A stretch of DNA of 64,000 bases from Laetmonice hystrix (Eukaryota): NCBI GenBank assembly GCA_965235115.1, contig OZ249436.1, forward strand, positions 5,396,001 to 5,460,000, in the 5' to 3' direction. Below the pieces are notes generated by a model. It had not been told where the DNA came from. It did no database searches and saw only the letters and a list, made by a program, of their open reading frames with translations. This document shows, piece by piece, positions 1 to 13,800 of this stretch. Within the stretch, counting starts at the first letter, position 1. Each line of letters starts with the position of its first letter. Position numbers and translations under genes: made by a program.

Positions 1-1259
1 TAGTATAAGTAAAAGATTTCTGGCCATCTGCCATGGATCTTTCAAATGTTAAACATTGCTGGTCTCTGTCCCCCTTGATTCGCTCCAGCTCAGAGCTATG
101 TAAACTTTGATCACGGGATACTCTTCCAGGGAGACGTACCAATTAATATAAGGCAACGCTGGAAGCTAAGCATACATTTGTACAGCATATACTACCTTGG
201 CAATTAAGTCGGAATTTGGGCCCGTACCTAATAATGTCGGGGCATCCCCAACCAACAACAAAACACACATACTTGTCGTGAGTCACATCATCTGTTAGTA
301 TACCCCCACTCAGAGAGGTGTATATTTATACAGCCCCCGCCCCACTGGGGTCAATCTGCCATGACATGGATATTTATAATAGACAGTAACCCAACCGTGT
401 GTTCTAAACGCTGGAGTCTTTAATCGGAGCATACTGGGACGCTGGGTTCACGTTGTGTTTGCCAAGATAGCCGTACGGTGGCGCCCCGGCATGACCTGAC
501 TCACAATATTCCACTGCAGTAATAGGATGGTGTTATATTCTAAAGTATATTACACAGATAATAGTCCTTTGAATATGCGTATATTAGTTCGGTGCTTATC
601 ACCATCCCTTTCACGACGTCCCATTAATGCCTCTACGCGGGAAATGGTTAAAGCTATGAAGCCATAATACTTCCATAACAGCCCCCACCCCCACCAAAAA
701 TACATACAGCATATATCCTGATTCTAATGTCTGTAGTTAGCATAAAGCGAGAGTGAAATCACCCATTGCCGCCTGAGTTATCGTATACCGTCACCAGCCG
801 GAGGGTTAGTAGTTATAGGATGTTAGCCTATCTAGGATCTCCATGACGGTGGAAGGTGAACTGACCAATGTCCTGTAAGTAAATATAACGCCAAACCAGG
901 CTATGTCTTAGAATACTAGCGAGAATATTGCAAGCGGCCAGCACATAGGCCATAACGCCCTCTTAGAGAGCTCCCTGATGGCAGAGTTGTAATTCCGACA
1001 ATAATAAGAAAATAACGTTGCGGACACAAAGGTCAGATGATGTATACGAAAGTGAAAATATGCAGCATATATTCGAGTAAGGTCACGTTACATACACGTA
1101 CATGAAAGTGACAAAACCTTTCACATTCAGGAAACAATGCTGATAACGTTTTCAGCGCCAACCTTTATATCAAAGTGAACGAGGCCACTGTCCGCCCCTT
1201 GGGACAGTGCCGTCAGATATATAGCCTGACTCTAATCTTCATTTTGATATACTACTTAG

Positions 1260-1561
1260 TGACGTTGACGTTTAGCATCACATGAACCATTGCCCTGACA
1301 GACGTTGACGTTTAGCATCACATGAACCATTGCCCTGACAGCCACGGACGTTGACGTTTAGCATCACATGAACCATTGCCCTGACAGCCACGGACGTTGA
1401 CGTTTAGCATCACATGAACCATTGCCCTGACAGACGTTGACGTTTAGCATCACATGAACCATTGCCCTGACAAACGTTGACGTTTAGCATCACATGAACG
1501 CCCTGACAGCCACGGACGTTGACGTTTAGCATCACATGAACCATTGCCCTGACAGCCACGG
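1260..1561. repeat. Minisatellite, 40/46-bp unit, ~7 copies
   Basis: Unit gacgttgacgtttagcatcacatgaaccattgccctgaca(gccacg). Confidence 0.95.
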
Positions 1562-3293
1562 CTGCAGACTCTCCACTCAGTAATGTTATCGTCTCTATAC
1601 GATAGAAATGACCATACGCACTCTTATATCTATGTATACATACATAACGTACATACAGGCAGTGTACGCCTGACCCAGAGTACCATGTGTTCGGTGAGGG
1701 AATATAATGAACAAGTATGATCATCGTTACATTCACACTGTGTGCAGCTCTGTATACATGGATAAAATACTGATGATTTCACGTGATCTTCAAACATATA
1801 TACTGGCACAAAACGTCATCAAAACGTTCTGTTCGTAGATTATACCGTCTTTGAAACGTTTTCAAAACGGTCGTTGCTAGTTGGGACAGATCTGTGTACC
1901 GGCGATATACATGCAGCTAGATGAATACACAGAATTTGTTTAGGGTCACAGGATATAAAGAGTTAAAAAAATGTCCGGTGTCTGGATCTGTGGTCATGAT
2001 TAGCTGTAGAAACATAGGTCACCCGGTCTGCACCAAATTAAAGGGGGGGGGGGGAAGGGTAATTATACCATAAGGGGGTCGCAGTTTTCAACAGTTATTC
2101 TTCTAAAACCGAGTCAGCTGCATTCCCACTGCCATGGGGAAAAGGGGGATAGGACATTCTCAAATACCTGACCGGCTTATAAAAATGTAAAGAGTTTTTC
2201 TGATGTATAAATTGTTGATTTCAACACTATAAACCATATCTACTGGGCTATGGTGATAATATGTGATTTTCTCTGAGTTTGTGACTAAACAAAGGTGAAT
2301 CAGACATATTTGAACACGGCTTATAACTAAAGGGTTCGTTTTTCCATCCCAACTGTAACATGTGCGTGTGGTAATAACGGACCTTCAATGTAACTGTTGA
2401 ACAGAACAATTCCTGTAAAGTCCCGTATAACACAGATAACATGGGCTTAGTTAAAATTTCCGGACTAGTGTTCAGGACTTAGGTCACGGTGTTTCAATGG
2501 ACACCACCGTAGACGTACAACTTTTACATTCGTCAGTTAAATATTGTGTATCCTTCTAATGCAACCGTCTTTATTATGACATTGTAGAAGAGATAAAAAA
2601 AATCTATGTATCTTTTCTATGAATTGAATTTCATTTTCCAGCATCGTTATCCGCACGGTATAGGGCCTGTAGGTAGTCGCAAAAATGTCATGGTGCCTTT
2701 TAACTACACCTAAAAATAATCTTATACCAAACCTGATTGTCCACTAGAGTGGATATTTTTTTGTCCAATAAAAAATTAAAAGAGTACAATGTAATCCGAA
2801 GTGCAGCTAAAGGCAACTGTAATGAGAGGGAGGACATGGGAGTTGGGTTTGGGGGTGAGAGGTCCTCAGGCACGGAGCCCTTGCCTTGGGTGAGCAAGGA
2901 TGCCAGTGATGCCCACAGTGAGAGGTCCTCAGGCACGGAGCCCTTGCCTTGGGTGTGCTCAGTGAGCTAAGTGTCGGTTTCCGCCTGTCGGTCGTACATG
3001 ACACAGCATGACGTGTGTACCTTCACACCCACCGACCTGCACACATTGCCACCAAGTATCACATGGCTGCAATCAATTATTAAACACAATGTCTGCTATG
3101 GTTGCCAGCTCAAGTACCCTACTAGACCATTCGGAATCTCTACTCATTTCAACATGTCAGGATATTATTTATCTCAGAACCTAATATCACAAGGCTCTGA
3201 GATATTGCCCTTCCGTTCGACTATCCTGTCAAGTTCGTGGTCCCCAGTACATACTACACCACCACATAAAGTAGTCACATTCCCGCGAATAGA

Positions 3294-6200
3294 ATGACCT
3301 TGACTCAAACCACGGTCCGGCCATCTTCTGTCTACCATAGCGGGGATGACTTGGTACCAGGCCGATGGTAGGGTCGTTGTTAGTGGAGTAACCTTCACCC
3401 AAACCACGGTCCGGCCATCTTCTGTCTACCATAGCGGGGATGACTTGGTACCAGGCCGATGGTAGGGTCGTTGTTAGTGGAGTGACCTTGACCCAAACCA
3501 CGGTCCCGCCATCTTCTGTCTGCCATAGCGGGGATGACTTGGTACCAGGCCGATGGTAGGGTCGTTGTTAGTGGAGTAACCTTCACCCAAACCACGGTCC
3601 GGCCATCTTCTGTCTGCCATAGCGGGGATGACTTGGTACCAGGCCGATGGTAGGGTCGTTGTTAGTGGAGTAACCTTCACCCAAACCACGGTCCGGCCAT
3701 CTTCTGTCTGCCATAGCGGGGATGACTTGGTACCAGGTTGATGGTAGGGTCGTTGTTAGTGGAGTGACCTTGACTCAAACCACGGTCCGGCCATCTTCTG
3801 TCTACCATAGCGGGGATGACTTGGTACCAGGCCGATGGCAGGGTCGTTGTTAGTGGAGTGACCTTCCCTCAAACCACGGCCATCTTCTGTCTGCCATAGC
3901 GGGGATGACTTGGTACCAGGTTGATGGTAGGGTCGTTGTTAGTGGAGTGACCTTGACTCAAACCACGGTCCGGCCATCTTCTGTCTACCATAGCGGGGAT
4001 GACTTGGTACCAGGCCGATGGTAGGGTCGTTGTTAGTGGAGTAACCTTCACCCAAACCACGGTCCGGCCATCTTCTGTCTGCCATAGCGGGGATGACTTG
4101 GTACCAGGCCGATGGTAGGGTCGTTGTTAGTGGAGTGACCTTGACCCAAACCACGGTCCGGCCATCTTCTGTCTACCATAGCGGGGATGACTTGGTACCA
4201 GGCCGATGGTAGGGTCGTTGTTAGTGGAGTGACCTTGACCCAAACCACGGTCCGGCCATCTTCTGTCTGCCATAGCGGGGATGACTTGGTACCAGGCCGA
4301 TGGTAGGGTCGTTGTTAGTGGCGTGACCTTCACCCAAACCACGGTCCGGCCATCTTCTGTCTGCCATAGCGGGGATGACTTGGTACCAGGCCGATGGTAG
4401 GGTCGTTGTTAGTGGAGTGACCTTGACCCAAACCACGGTCCCGCCATCTTCTGTCTGCCATAGCGGGGATGACTTGGTACCAGGCCGATGGTAGGGTCGT
4501 TGTTAGTGGAGTAACCTTCACCCAAACCACGGTCCGGCCATCTTCTGTCTGCCATAGCGGGGATGACTTGGTACCAGGCCGATGGTAGGGTCGTTGTTAG
4601 TGGAGTAACCTTCACCCAAACCACGGTCCGGCCATCTTCTGTCTGCCATAGCGGGGATGACTTGGTACCAGGTTGATGGTAGGGTCGTTGTTAGTGGAGT
4701 GACCTTGACTCAAACCACGGTCCGGCCATCTTCTGTCTACCATAGCGGGGATGACTTGGTACCAGGCCGATGGCAGGGTCGTTGTTAGTGGAGTGACCTT
4801 CCCTCAAACCACGGCCATCTTCTGTCTGCCATAGCGGGGATGACTTGGTACCAGGTTGATGGTAGGGTCGTTGTTAGTGGAGTGACCTTGACTCAAACCA
4901 CGGTCCGGCCATCTTCTGTCTACCATAGCGGGGATGACTTGGTACCAGGCCGATGGTAGGGTCGTTGTTAGTGGAGTAACCTTCACCCAAACCACGGTCC
5001 GGCCATCTTCTGTCTGCCATAGCGGGGATGACTTGGTACCAGGCCGATGGTAGGGTCGTTGTTAGTGGAGTGACCTTGACCCAAACCACGGTCCGGCCAT
5101 CTTCTGTCTACCATAGCGGGGATGACTTGGTACCAGGCCGATGGTAGGGTCGTTGTTAGTGGAGTGACCTTGACCCAAACCACGGTCCGGCCATCTTCTG
5201 TCTGCCATAGCGGGGATGACTTGGTACCAGGCCGATGGTAGGGTCGTTGTTAGTGGCGTGACCTTCACCCAAACCACGGTCCGGCCATCTTCTGTCTGCC
5301 ATAGCGGGGATGACTTGGTACCAGGCCGATGGCAGGGTCGTTGTTAGTGGAGTGACCTTGACTCAAACCACGGTCATCTTCTGTCTGCCATAGCGGGGAT
5401 GACGTGGTACCAGGCCAATGGCAGGGTCGTTGTTAGTGGAGTGACCTTGACCCAAACCACGGTCATCTTCTGTCTGCCATAGCGGGGATGACTTGGTACC
5501 AGGCCGATGGCAGGGTCGTTGTTAGTGGAGTGACCTTGACCCAAACCACGGTCCGGCCATCTTCTGTCTGCCATAGCGGGGATGACTTGGTACCAGGCCA
5601 ATGGCAGGGTCGTTGTTAGTGGAGTGACCTTCTCAAACCACGGTCCGGCCATCTTCTGTCTGCCATAGCGGGGATGACTTGGTACCAGGCCAATGGCAGG
5701 GTCGTTGTTAGTGGAGTGACCTTCTCAAACCACGGTCCGGCCATCTTCTCTCTGCCATAGCGGGGATGACTTGGTACCAGGCCAATGACAGGGTCGTTGT
5801 TAGTGGAGTGACCTTGACTCAAACCACGGTCATCTTCTGTCTGCCATAGCGGGGATGACTTGGTACCAGGCCAATGACAGGGTCGTTGTTAGTTGAGTGA
5901 CCTTCACCCAAACCACGGCCATTTTCTGTCTACCATAGCGGGGATGACTTGGTACCAGGCCGATGGCAGGGTCGTTGTTAGTGGAGTGACCTTGACCCAA
6001 ACCACGGTCCGGCCATCTTCTGTCTACCATAGCGGGGATGACTTGGTACCAGGCCGATGGCAGGGTCGTTGTTAGTTGAGTGACCTTCACCCAAACCACG
6101 GCCATTTTCTGTCTACCATAGCGGGGATGACTTGGTACCAGGTTGATGGTAGGGTCGTTGTTAGTGGAGTGACCTTGACTCAAACCACGGTCCGGCCATC

Positions 6201-7280
6201 TTCTGTCTGCCATAGCGGGGATGACTTGGTACCAGGCCGATGGCAGGGTCGTTGTTAGTGGAGTGACCTTCACCCAAACCACGGTCCGGCCATCTTCTGT
6301 CTGCCATAGCGGGGATGACTTGGTACCAGGCCAATGGCAGGGTCGTTGTTAGTGGAGTGACCTTGACTCAAACCACGGTCATCTTCTGTCTGCCATAGCG
6401 GGGATGACTTGGTACCAGGCCAATGGCAGGGTCGTTGTTAGTGGAGTGACCTTGACTCAAACCACGGTCATCTTCTGTCTGCCATAGCGGGGATGACTTG
6501 GTACCAGGCCGATGGTAGGGTCGTTGTTAGTGGAGTGACCTTCACCCAAACCACGGTCCGGCCATCTTCTGTCTGCCATAGCGGGGATGACTTGGTACCA
6601 GGCCGATGGTAGGGTCGTTGTTAGTGGAGTGACCTTCACCCAAACCACGGTCCGGCCATCTTCTGTCTGCCATAGCGGGGATGACTTGGTACCAGGCCGA
6701 TGGCAGGGTCGTTGTTAGTGGAGTGACCTTGACTCAAACCACGGTCATCTTCTGTCTGCCATAGCGGGGATGACTTGGTACCAGGCCGATGGCAGGGTCG
6801 TTGTTAGTGGAGTGACCTTCACCCAAACCACGGTCCGGCCATCTTCTGTCTGCCATAGCGGGGATGACTTGGTACCAGGCCGATGGTAGGGTCGTTGTTA
6901 GTGGAGTGACCTTGACTCAAACCACGGTCCGGCCATCTTCTGTCTGCCATAGCGGGGATGACTTGGTACCAGGCCGATGGCAGGGTCGTTGTTAGTGGAG
7001 TGACCTTGACTCAAACCACGGTCATCTTCTGTCTGCCATAGCGGGGATGACTTGGTACCAGGCCGATGGCAGGGTCGTTGTTAGTGGAGTGACCTTGACC
7101 CAAACCACGGTCCGGCCATCTTCTGTCTGCCATAGCGGGGATGACTTGGTACCAGGCCGATGGCAGGGTCGTTGTTAGTGGAGTGACCTTCACCCAAACC
7201 ACGGTCCGGCCATCTTCTGTCTACCATAGCGGGGATGACTTGGTACCAGGCCGATGGTAGGGTCGTTGTTAGTGGAGTGA
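3294..7280. repeat. 94-bp satellite (89-bp variants), ~43 copies, with a 935-bp higher-order duplication
   Basis: Unit caaaccacggtccggccatcttctgtctgccatagcggggatgacttggtaccaggccgatggtagggtcgttgttagtggagtgaccttgacc. Variant patterns recur at +935. Confidence 0.97.
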
Positions 7281-7681
7281 GTATGTTTGGTTTAAATGAG
7301 ATTACACAACGATTTGTTCGACCCTGTTAATGTCAGAGTTAGCAGAATCTGGGACACATGTCGTAACCTACCCGGTTTTGACAGTCGATAATACAATAAC
7401 TGTTTTATACAATCTCCTGACCACCAAAACTACATACCGGCATCACAAATACATCGGTCTCTTTGAGAACGGCCACAACTTCGTAACTCAGCAGCTAACT
7501 ACGACCTGTTACATGTTAAAACAAGGGCTGGGGAAGCCCTCAGAGGTCCGTCCTCGAGTTAACAAACTCCATTCTCAGTACAAATCTCTCAATCTCTCTC
7601 ACGAACATAGCCGGCGTTTGTTGTGTTATGACCAACTTCTCACACTCACTACGCGGGTTTCCCACAAGGAGTCGGGTGGTG

Positions 7682-7822
7682 TTAGTTATTGGCCGAGTAT
7701 CTCTGTAGGAGGTAGACATGACAACTGTCACACACCCGGACGGGTTTGGCTGAGGAGGGCAGTGGCATCTTGTTATCGGAACATTCGTTACAGAATATAT
7801 CTCCACAGTTACGGCAGTGGTG
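7682..7822 (-). CDS. RUFY2: RUFY terminal coding exon 16 ([46 protein letters not shown])
   Basis: tgacag| acceptor, HHCR/CxxC/RVCxxC FYVE motifs, TAA stop. Confidence 0.96.
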   Translation of the reverse strand, partial: HHCRNCGDIFCNECSDNKMPLPSSAKPVRVCDSCHVYLLQRYSANN

Positions 7823-10800
7823 CTGTCAACGAGAGAAGAGGATAAACTTAGCAGTTTTAAATAATAACAATATTACAAAGTAACATTATCAAAGTAACCC
7901 AGTTTGTTACCCAAAAAAAAGGAATTCTCCATTTAATTCATATCGCCCATAAATTACAAAAACCATGCATTATTGCAAATATTCTTCATCTCTAATAAAA
8001 TCAAGATTTGGAGAAAGAAGTTAAAGATTAGAAAGAAAAACAATTACTCTACAATTTCTCTCAAGATCCCGTCTAATATATAAAATGCCACACAAACCTT
8101 CCTACGAGATACTGAGAAGGCCTTGCTGCACTGTCGACAGTTGGCGATCTCCTTGTCATCGGCCCAGCTCGCCTCCTTCAGGACCATCTGGGCTTCCTTC
8201 ATATCCTCCACCTTCAACTTGGAGCTGAAATAAACATCAACACGGTCAATGACAATATCAGACAAATGGTGTTCTCTTCAAACAAAAGACAACACCGTGA
8301 CCCACGTGCACGACGACAGCTTTCAATAAACACAAGACAATACTTGGTACAATCAGCGATGCTCCGTTACACTGCCTTGACTTTACTCACACCTCAGTAG
8401 CGGATTGCCACCTGACTGACGACCATCTCAGGTGAGTGAGTCAGGTAAGAATCCGTCACATGTTGAGTTATTACCTGGTAACTTTACTTGTACAAGACAA
8501 TACTTGGTACAATCAACGATGTTCCGTTACACTGCCTAGACTTTACTCACACCTCAGTAGCGGATTGCCACCTGACTGACGACCATCTCAGGTGAGTGAG
8601 TCAGGTAAGAACCCGTCACATGTTGAGTTATTACCTGTTAACTTTACTTGTACAAGACAATACTTGGTACAATCAGCGCTGCTCCGTTACACTGCCTAGA
8701 CTTTACTCACACCTCAGTAGCGGATTGCCACCTGACTGACGACCATCTCAGGTGAGTGAGTCAGGTAAGAATCCGTCACATGTTGAGTTATTACCTGTTA
8801 ACTTTAATTGAGAGCCAAGTTTACATTATTACGACATGGAGCATGTTTAATTTCCTCTTCCCGTTGGTTTAGTGATTATACATGGTGATATGCGATGAAC
8901 ACGGTGAATAATTGAAAATCATCCATTAAAAGACAATCTATAACTCGGGTTCAACAGGTGCCCGGTGTAATCAATTGATCAGGTGCCATTCATCAGGGCC
9001 CTAACAGTGCTTCCACTCACTCACATCAACCGTACGGCACGAAATAAAGATGGAAAGAAAAATAGCAAGGAAGAGAAGAGAATACAAAAAAGAAGGAAGG
9101 AAGGACAAAAATGAAATAAAATGAAGAAAGAAAGGGAACGAAAGAAAGAGAAAGAAAGAGAGAAAAGCAAAAAGAGATAGGAGAATGAAAGAAAGAAGGA
9201 AGGAGAGACAGAGACAGCGAAATGAAGAATGAATGAATCTTGATCCCATAGGGCTGGATAGTCTCGTGTCCTGGATATGCAAATGACGTAACTGACGAGA
9301 CTATCCTCTGTTTGTCCCCATTCTCGCTCTTTCTCGCATGTTTGCCTATCTAGGACACGAGAACTGGCCAGCCCTATACAAGGTCGTTGTTCCGATGACT
9401 TACTCGCTGAGATGAGACCCAAGTTCTGACAGCGCTATCTCTTGTTCTTCACAAGTCTTATTGAGATGGTGATGTCGTGCTTGTAAATTGTTGTACTCCT
9501 GAAACAGGTTTGTGCAACAGGTAAAGGGCATATACAAACATAGTAATGAAATGTAAAAAAAACTACCCGAAAAATGACAACTCTTGATTTAATTTTCTCC
9601 CTGAGGGACACTTTACTGTTTTCCAATTTAATGTAATAGTGCTTCAAAGGGCTTATGATATATACATATGTAAAAGTCCTTCCTTCATAAGAAGATAAAT
9701 CATTAAATAATATGTTATGCTTTACGTAAAAACAGAAAAAAATCCCAACATGTCAGTATTTTAATAGATACCGGTACTTTCTATAACATTGAAACTTACC
9801 TTTCTGAGCTCAGAATAATTTTGCAGCTCATTGTGTAGCTGTGCTACCTTTTGCTTTTCCTGTTCAAGACTTCGTTGCAGGGTCCCTCGCCATTCCCTTT
9901 CGATCTTGAGGTCAGTCTCAAGAGCAGACCTGAAAAAAGAATGAAGAAGGTGGCAAAACTGATAAAAAGTTAAGTTATATTTCTTTAAAATGTTCAACGT
10001 AGTTTCTTTTCCATGTATGAAATTTACAAAACCTGACAAATGTAACTTAAAATAGTACACAATTCAACAGTTGGAAGTACCGGGGGTATTTATAATGCGA
10101 AAACACAAATACACCCACAATAACAGCCACCCATCGTTACGTTTCCCCTCGCAATCACTTCACCACCATCCTGAAGACTTCATACACTTGACTATAATCG
10201 TAAACTTTGTAAACCCAACAGATTTAGAAACAAAAAATTATTATTGTCAAAGAGCATACTAACTGAATTATTTAGGAGTACAAGTAGCCAGTTATCATCC
10301 GTACAAATAAACTTGGAGGACATCTGGTGCCATGCTCAAAGTATTTTATTGGCTGATAAGAAGTTATACCCTGTGACATAACCAAATTATGTGCTCTCTG
10401 TTATAGTCACAATTTTAATTCTTAGCAGTTGAGACTTTTCATGAACTCAAGATTCCACGCCATCATTGTCCATCCAGCAACCTTTTATAGTCTCCTTCAC
10501 ATAATCCGACCACGGTGAATCTCGTCGATACCAGTACAATGTACGAATAACATTTCCTACCATCTCCTGCAAAACCAGCAACGTCTACTTTCTTTTATAT
10601 GGAGGTCTTTAAGTGCTACATTGTAAGGTCGGGGCTCCTACAGTCCCCATCTGCGTAGATTACTTTAATATTCAGACAATCTCTTGGATTATGTAAGGCC
10701 TACAGCCTCTCAAAATAATATCCCTGTTTTGTAGCGCAAGCGACATCGGCATGCTGTGTGTGATTACACAGGAATCAACTGGAGTATACTGAATGTTTCA

Positions 10801-13800
10801 GTAGAATTACAAAGATACGATCTACCTTTGAACTCTGTGTTATATATTTATAATCCTGAATGTACCTTCTATGATAAATGATATCCGAACATTTGTCATT
10901 CTGGCCGTGAAGGATCCCTGCCTCCTAACATGTCCTCCAGAGTCTCCTGAGACTTGCCAACCTGCCTCCTAACATGTCCTCCAGAGTCTCCTGAGACTTG
11001 CCAACCTGCCTCCTAACATGTCCTCCAGAGTCTCCTGAGACTTGTCTCACCTATATTGACAATATTTCCTTGTTACGGTTAATTGCGTTTGTTGGTTACT
11101 TTCAATTAACGTCTCAAATTTGCCATTCCAGCATGCACCAATATTGTGACATTTTCATATAACGATACACAAGATAGTGACATCGGAAATACCTTGTACC
11201 ATATACTGGGATTATTTACCTTTTAATATAATATACAGAACCAATTCACAACTGCAGAAACACAGGTACGGTAAATGAGATGGATATCACACACTACATG
11301 CTTTACAGGCATGACAAATTACAATAAGCAGGTTATCACAACTAGACTTTCGATGACGTCAGCCAAACGGATCACACAGTAATATTTCATCAACGTGAAG
11401 TTGACATTTTTCTTCATTTTTCCACTGCAAAGCTTGTCAGTATAATTTACTTCATGTGACTATGTGTGTCATGTGTCTGTATGTGTATGTACCTGCATTT
11501 AATCTAATGTGAATACATATAGGCTTCCTCCAAACAACTTTTATGGTATCATACTTTGCATATTCTTACACAAAAATGGTATCCGTAGGTGTGTTACCAC
11601 CATACCACTGCCCGTATCCACATTATCAACGTAAAGTAACCACTGATTCATGCAGGACATGTCACAATGTAGTCCATACGATTTTAATTAGCCGCTCATC
11701 ATTAACAGATTTCGTAATTGACCTCCATTTCACGGTTTGACCTTGCCCAGTCCGGGTGATTGTGTTGCTTGTATAGCAACCCACCCACGCACAGAGTCGG
11801 ACACATCTGTCAAAGGTCCCGTCACGGGTAAGCTAGCCCTCTGCTACGTCACCTAAAAATAGTCTCCCAATCATCTCTCTAAATCTGCTCTCGTTGGGCG
11901 GGAGGGTGTGTATATGGTTTGAAGAAGGGGACATGTCAGGTAAGATTCATGTCGAGCTCTGGCGCTGGCGTTGTGAGGACGTCTGCATACATGTCCTTAT
12001 ATCAGGACGTCCTTCATGGCACTGAGGGTCCTCTATACAACCAATCACTCCTTCATCCTCTTCTACCTCTCTGACCAGCAGGGATTACTGTGGAAACATA
12101 TGCCAACCCCAACAAATTGGTTCTCATGATAATGGTTACCCATGAATTACAGACTGCACTGGTTCATCCCATTCAGTCGTGCTGGATGACCGGGGACACT
12201 CCAACATCATATGACGGAAAGCCAGCTCGTCTAGGGGGTGGAGGGGGTGAGGGGGGTAGAGGGCGTGGAGGGGGTGGTGGGGGTGGGGGTAGAGTGTGTG
12301 TGTGTGGGGGGGGGGCTTATCGGACCGACTTTTTGTGCCCTTCCTTCCTCCAAGCATCGCATACCACATAACATTAAATCATTGATAAATATTTTATTTC
12401 TTGTTACAAAGATGGCATCATTTGACATGTTTCATGTCTGACCTTCCCCCTGGCGGCTGAAGTCTGTAAAGGACTCAAGTGTTCACTCAGAATATCCCAC
12501 CGGCCTCTCAACTATTGGGCTGAGGACCCTGTCCTCCGTCTGCAGACAAGGAGGGGGTGTGGGTGTGGGTGGGGTGGAGTAGGGTCGGGGTTGGGGGTGG
12601 GTGGAGCAGGGTCGGGAGTCCGGCCCTGAACCATCAACCGGCCGGCTTGTCCTGTGAGAGGGTCCGCTATGTCAGCAACCTCTCCACCAGACATTTCGGA
12701 GCATTCCAGTTCACAAATCTAATTATGAACTCTATAAACATGTTTGCTTGTACTTCGTACGTGTTATTTGAGTTACCCTATTCGACCTTTTAAGTGTAAA
12801 ACCATATTGATAACAGGGCCGTAAATTTGACGGGAATTTGGCCACGGCGAATGCCAAAGGCGTGAATCGTTCATGTGCCGGGGGTCTGGGAGGCCTCCTC
12901 CACCAGAAAATCTTTGCAATACAATTTTTTTGGGGTGGAAATTTAACCGAAACAGCTGCATCGGCTGCCGCAATGCAATTTCCGGCCCTGGATAAACGTA
13001 CACCCCCAGTGGATGGAATCAGAAAAACTTGTGTTTCTTACAGTAAGACTTGTGTTTCTTATAGTAGGAACAACCAATAGTTTTTTTTTTCAGCCACCGG
13101 TTGTACGTTCTGGCCTACATTAACGTCTTCCTGTTTTAGACCTATGTTAGCAAGGTGCCCCGACTGTTCCTTTACCCTGAGAAATTAACTGGGGCGTACG
13201 CCTAATATGAGAACCTTCCGAATTTTCCTTGTAATTCCCAAAAAGATTCGAGTGTATTGTATGCTTAAACGGTCAAATAAACGGTCAAATACGGTACATA
13301 CAACGTCTGAGCGTGTGGCAAACTTGGAGTCACAATATCCGACCCCATAATTAGGTAACATTTGGAACACCTCCACACAATTGTTATATAATTTGCTGGG
13401 GCTTTATGATCAAAATACCTCTGAAGGTGGGTTTCCATAGGAGTTCACGCTTCACGTGTCACGGCTCACGTTTCACGCGTGAACAGAAGAATATACAAGT
13501 CATTTTCAAAGTGCAGGTTCCATAGGCGTTCACGGTTCACTCTTCACCCTCATGTCACGAGTCACGCGTGAATGAACGCGCTTGCTCGTTTTCTCTGACG
13601 TGAAACGTCAACGTCAACTTGGTGACCTTGGTGACCTTGGTGGAAACCGTCAAGAAAGTGACCGTGAAACGTGAAAACGTGACCTCTATGGAAACCCAGC
13701 CTAAAAGTCTTCCTCCGTCACAGGCCAGTCATTCAGTGTCCTGGCGGAATATACCGACACTGTATAGACAATCACACCTGTATACATTATGAGTTAATAT

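Noticed and set aside
3174..7202. Many repeated ORFs (MVWVKVTPLTTTLPSAW...)
   Set aside because: They are translations of the 94-bp satellite with frames shifting every unit, and are not genes.
9001..9282. Hydrophobic F/L/S-rich ORF
   Set aside because: Low-complexity GA-rich tract inside RUFY intron 14.
11950..12700. Minus-strand acceptor-like sites after C-rich tracts
   Set aside because: In the phase required by exon 12 they reach stops within 20 codons; cannot be distinguished from chance.
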